Positions 58,269-64,000 of a stretch of DNA of 64,000 nucleotides are shown here, piece by piece. Position 1 is the first letter of the stretch; every line of letters starts with the position of its first letter. Source of the DNA: the human T2T-CHM13v2.0 reference genome, Homo sapiens; NCBI RefSeq assembly GCF_009914755.1, contig NC_060929.1. One strand, written 5' to 3'. The position numbers and the translations under genes were made by a program. The notes beneath the pieces are model-generated. The model did no database searches, was not told the DNA's origin, and saw only the letters and a program-made list of their open reading frames with translations.

Positions 58269-60379
58269 TTGTGTAAAGCAGCAAGTCAGAGAACCAGATG
58301 GAAATGAGCAACCACAGAGACTAAAGTGAAGAAGCAAAAGGTGGTAGAATGGTGGATTCAACAGCAGCATCCAGAAGTTAAGAACTCAGTCTGTGAAGTA
58401 GAACAGGTCTGGTTTCAAACCTGGCTGGTGAATGGTGTTTGCTCTCTGAGACTTGGCTTCCTAATACATAAAGTGCAAGATGGCAAGTAAAAGGGACCTT
58501 TCTCAAATGGCTGATTTGTGGATTAGAAGAGATATTAGACATGGTGCCAGGCATCTAGTAAGAGCTCAAAAAATGTTAGCAAAGAGGAGAATGATGACAA
58601 GGTGGCTGCTGAAGTGAACTAAACTGAATTGAACCACAGCCTCCTTTTGCCTTCAGCACGCCCAGACAGTATGGCTCATTAGGAAGAGCAAGAGTCTTAG
58701 ATCCTCAGAGTGCCTGACTTCCTGCCTTGAGACTTCTCTCACTCTCTGTAAAGTGCAGCCAATTCATATTCTTTCTCCATGCCAAGAATCAGGTTCAATG
58801 AGACCCTGGAGGGAGAGCCTGCCTACCACCTACCTATAAATAGGATGGCAAGTCAGCACCAGCATCAATGATTGCAGGTCAAAAATGAGCCTTGGTTTCT
58901 CAGTCTTGCTTGCCTCAAATGGACTTGAGGATAGAAGGGCCAAAAGATCAATAATGGAGAATATAAATGTTTGTGCAGAGCTGCTTGGGCACTCAGGTTT
59001 GGAGCAGGACTAGGAAGGCCCTGGGCTTTGAATTGCTTTTGTTCGATGTTAGTGTCCTGGAAATAGACCTCTCTACATACCACGTTTTGTTGGGAGATGG
59101 TATTGCCATCCAAAGTGAGACTTTCAATGTTCCTTTCCATTCCTTGTTGGCATACAAAGACTGCATAACACATGAATTTCCCCAATGTGTTCACAGTGTT
59201 GTGCCTTTTGTTGACTCCATAAGTTTTTATTCTTACTTTCTTTACTCTCAGATTTTCCAGAAAAAAATTAAGCAGACTCTTACAGCCCTAATTAATGCTA
59301 TCAGGCATCTGCCCTAATCATGTATTACTTGATACTGATTTTCAGTTATGTCATTTCCTTCCACTAAGATCATGAGAGTCTCACAAACTGTCCATTGTAT
59401 TCACTTCAGGGTCTCCAGCACTCGAAACCACAAGCTGTCTTTTCTCTTCTTTCCTCCTTCCCTCTCTCCATTTAGCCTTTCTTCCTTTCCTTCTACTAAG
59501 CACCCACTATGTGCCAAACATTGTGCTGGGCATCAGGAACACCTCCAAGCTCTCAGATCTAAAGGAGGAGATGGGCAGGTAATAGGCAGCACGGTAAGAC
59601 GCAAGCTTTAAGCAAGGTCAGGTATTGTAGAAATCCACCATCCCAGGCCCTAACCTGTTGGGACCTTTAGACAACCCTAACCTGTTGTCCCCTGATGGAG
59701 GGGACATCTGAGCCAGGCTTTCTATGATGACTAGGAGTTCAAGTCATTGAAAGAAGGAAGAAGCAGGTTCAAAGGTGTGCCTTGAGTCTAGACGTGAAAT
59801 GGAAGTTTTTCCTTCCACATAAACTTAATTATCGTGGCTGGGCGAGATAGTGGCAAATGTCAGGAGAAGACTGGCTGGCAGGAGGCATGGCATGAAGGAC
59901 CTTATTGGCCAAACAGATCTTCTGGAGTGATTTCAACATCTTAAAGCTTAGGCAAGCTGTACATTTACAAAGCAAACCTAAATGTCGAGTCTCTCTCCTT
60001 TGGGCTGTAATATTAAGAGTATTGTCTCCTTCATGCACTACTTCTAATTAGAAGCTTCGATTAGCAGTATTACATGCTTTGGATGAACAAAATGATAAAA
60101 TAAGCTAATTATGACTTAATGTGTAGAGTTGTTGCCCACTATCTTTCAATACACCAAGTCAGTGGGGAGAGGGAGAGCCGCAAAGAAGCTCTTGGTGGTG
60201 GAAAAACTGAAAAATATTTCCTCCTATTACCAAGATACAGATATAGCCTGCCTGGAATTGACTGTAAGTAAAGTGATAAAACCCAGCAAATCATCGATTA
60301 GGAGTTCACCATATATCTAGAACTGTCTTCACCTTGAGATACAACTGGTGTACCAAACAGCCAAGGTCCTGTCTATTTT

Positions 60380-61050
60380 GGAACTTAGTTACGGGTAGGA
60401 AAGGCTGATATTAAGTGAACAAACATCCAAGTAAACATGGATTTATAAAACGTGCTAGATGTTGTGACCAAAAAATAGAGGCCGGTGGGAGAATCATGAG
60501 TCCTAATTGACATTGTGGGTAAGGGAAGTGCCTTATGAAGAAGTGATGTTTGCATTGAGGAGGGATGGTGGGTGTGATTGAGGTGATGGGATGGGCATGA
60601 AAAGAGGGTGTCCAGGCAAACGAACATTGTGCACACTGGCTCCGATGCAAGAAAGGTATTTGGCCTTTGTAACAGCTAAAGGAAAGGCCAGCTTGGATGG
60701 AATCCAGAGAGCAGGCCACAGTTGGTCTTGAAGAGTTAGGCAGGAGTGATGATATTGGTCCTGAAGGCCACATTAAGTCTTTTGGTTGATTTTTGAAAAC
60801 AGAATGACTTCAAGAGGTTTACGAAGGGTGTGTGTGTGTGTGGGCATGCATGCGTGCATGTGTGTGTAGGAGAGAGGTATATTAACACGTTTGCATTTTA
60901 AAATGATTTTTCTGGTTTTTCTGAGAAAATGGACTGGATGGGGCAAAAGTGGAAGCAGGATGAACCAGTGGGGAGGCTGTAACAGTCGTCCAGGTAACAC
61001 ATGATGATGGCAAGGTGGTAACAGTAAGATGATGAGAACTGGATAAACTC
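60380..61050 (-). mobile_element. L2 LINE fragments
   Basis: Antisense L2-like text (tttgcattttaaaatgatttttctgg, ggaggctgtaacagtcgtccaggt). Confidence 0.6.
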
Positions 61051-62226
61051 AAAAACACTGAGTATTACATTAGTTAGAGTTGAAGTGTGAGGCGGAAAGA
61101 TGTAGAGAAAGGAAATTAATTTGATTTGAGTGGATTTGACTTAGAAGGCAACATTTTGAGACACCTAGAATGATGGCTTCTAATAGGCTTTCCCAGAGCC
61201 AAATGGAGGGGTTTTCTGGACCCTCAGCCATGTGCTATGGTGTTACCACCATGTTTGCTTGCATCTGTTGGAGAAGAAGCTACCCCTTCCTCTGCATGGT
61301 GGCCGCCTTGCAAGAACACATGGCTCTGGGGACCACAGTGCCCTCTCCTACCCTCAAGTTTGGAGCATGAGTGGTGTACACCATACCATATCAGGCATTG
61401 GCCTTCAGAAGTAAGAGACCACCCAGATGCCCAATCAGTCAAACGGTTTGTTTCTCCCTCTCTGTGTGCCAAGGAAACCACAGAAACCAAAAACACAAAT
61501 GAGGCTGCATCTTGATCTGTAGGGTTAATGCCATCTATCAGAAATACCACAAAAACACTGAAAAGGTCAAGGAAAGTCCAGGAGGGGAATAACCAGTTAG
61601 TCTAGTCGTGTTTAACTCCCCTACAAAAGAGCTGATGAACTGCTGAGAAAAGCTGTCACAGGAGCAAAGAGGCACAATCATAACCAGCATCACTTGGTGG
61701 TGACTGTGGACGAGGCCATCTTTTTAAGGCTGTGCTATTTTATATGATCCTCATGTTCCCAGTGAGCCCCATTTTAGAAAGCTGAGGCACAAAGAAGTTT
61801 AGTGATTTTGCCAAGCCACCACAGTAGTGAATAGTCCAGCAGGGCCTTGTGCTCCAGGGGTCATGCTCTTATCCACTACGTGATTCTGTAGCAAGAGGCC
61901 ACAGGCTATTAAGGTCAAGTAGAGTGGTTTCTGGAAGGGACAGCCTTGACCTGGGTTGAGAAAAGTGGGAAATACTGAGGGTCAGCTGTTTTGTAGACTG
62001 CACCCCGCTGAGGCTCCCTGGGGCCATTTGGGAAGCTGGGTTCCTGGCATGATGCTGAGTGTTCCACAGAGAGGGAAGCCTCATTCCTGACTGTATTTTT
62101 TCCTCAAATCCTTCTGAGCACCCTTAATCTGCAGAGAATGGGTTGGGTACTAGGGACACGGCAGTGAGCTCAGACATTCTCCCAGAGCCCACAGAGTAGT
62201 GAGGGAGACATAAAAGAAAGGGGTGA

Positions 62227-62740
<514 letters not shown>

Positions 62741-63226
62741 AAGGAAAAAGTTAAGAGCAGGGTGGTAAATACCCACCAAGAGGAAGTCGGGGTGCCGCAG
62801 GAGTCCCTTGGAGCAGCATGCATCCCTGATATGTTTCTGTGGTGGTGTGAGTGTGAAGGCTGGTGGCTAAGGGAGCCTCCTCAAGGGCAGGGTTGTCTAT
62901 TGTGAGCTTGGAAGAGAGTAGGAGCCAGCGGGGGCCGGGGGGCAGGGGGCGTTCGGGTGGGCACAAGTGGGGAGATGGGAGAAGGGAAGTCACTTCAGGA
63001 CACAGTAGGTACAAAGGCCTCCAAGTATGGAGATAAGAGGAAGCAGGGCTCTTTTGTGGAACTGATAGAAGTTCAGACTTCCTAGAGGGTCGAACTTACT
63101 CGGGGCAGGGGGAGAAAAGAAGTAAGTTTGGAGAAAGGTGGGTGAGAGCTCGGTCACTGTAGCAGGAAGTTTGGACTTAACCCTAAGAGCAGTGGAAGCC
63201 TCCAGTGGGTTTTAGGGGAGGAGAAA

Positions 63227-63519
63227 CTGGGCGGAGTGGCTCATGCCTGTAATCCCAGCACTTTGGGAGGCCGAGGCAGGTGAATCACCTGAGGTCAGGA
63301 GTTCGAGACCAGCCTGGCCAACATGGCGAAGCTCTGCCTCTACAAAAAATACAAAAATTAGCTGGGCGTGGTCCTGTAATCCCAGTTACTCGGGAGGGCT
63401 GAGGCATGAGAATTGCTTGAGCCTGGGAGGCAGAGGTTGCAGTGAGCCGAGATCGTTCCATTGACTCCAGCCTGGGCAACAGAGCAAGACTTCGTCTCAA
63501 AAAAAAAAAAAAAAAAAAA
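63227..63519 (+). mobile_element. AluS (Sx/Sq-like) with 15-bp TSD
   Basis: TSD tttaggggaggagaa at 63211-63225 and 63521-63535. Confidence 0.92.
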
Positions 63520-64000
63520 GTTTAGGGGAGGAGAAGGTAAGACATTTTCTGGGGCTGCCTAGATCCTTTGTACTTTCTTGGGTAAAAGCAGCATACTGAC
63601 CTAGCCTTTGGCAAGAAGCCTGATGATTTGGTTCCCAAGAGACAGTACTGCTTGGCTTCAAGCAAGTACTTGAAAGCAAGGAGGGCTTTCCCCTCAGTCT
63701 TAATGCTAGTTGTCCCTTCCTTTTTCTTGCAACGCTGGGCTTGCTGAGTAGCTGAGATGTGTTGTATTTTTTAAAGAGCAACTTGTTCTCTCTAAATCAC
63801 CTACCTGTCTATGGAATTTCTACCAGTGTGTTCAAACACCTCTCCAAAGTCTCACTTCTGGGCAGCTTCCCTTTAATGGGGGTGGTGGGGAAGGGTGCAG
63901 ACAGGCAGGGGAGGGCCTGAGGGAGTGAGGTGGGAAGGGGTTGGCAGAGAGCTCAGGCCTTTAGAGTGCTGGCGACCTCAGCAGCACCATCATCTCATTC

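Noticed and set aside
59648-59687. ccctaacctgttg twice, resembling telomeric or CRISPR-like repeats
   Set aside because: Only two 13-bp copies with a single CCCTAA each, in eukaryotic intronic DNA; no array.

Overview
This is human/primate genomic DNA; I recognise the locus as DOCK2/INSYN2B, which I recall lying on human 5q35.1. The + strand carries one 96-bp DOCK2 coding exon (165-260), followed by an intron that runs past the end of the window. Nested antisense in that intron is the whole coding region of INSYN2B (FAM196B): three coding exons totalling 1608 nt (535 aa), a probable 918-nt 5'UTR rich in upstream AUGs, and a ~3-kb 3'UTR. Its first exon appears to lie outside the window. The rest is Alu, L1, L2, MIR, MaLR/ERV LTR and MER DNA-transposon sequence plus microsatellites. 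The most unusual structures are: (1) an AluS flanked by a 265-bp direct duplication that starts at an L1-endonuclease TT/AAAA site, an apparent giant TSD; (2) a perfect 115-bp inverted templated insertion copied from 1.1 kb away and flanked by an 8-bp direct repeat; (3) a TSD-flanked orphan poly(A) insertion in the INSYN2B 3'UTR; (4) a fold-back scar joined to an orphan THE1/MST LTR fragment; and (5) candidate functional motifs in INSYN2B. I found no clear evidence of a wholly new biological system. Gene and repeat names come from recognition, not database searches, and repeat boundaries are approximate.
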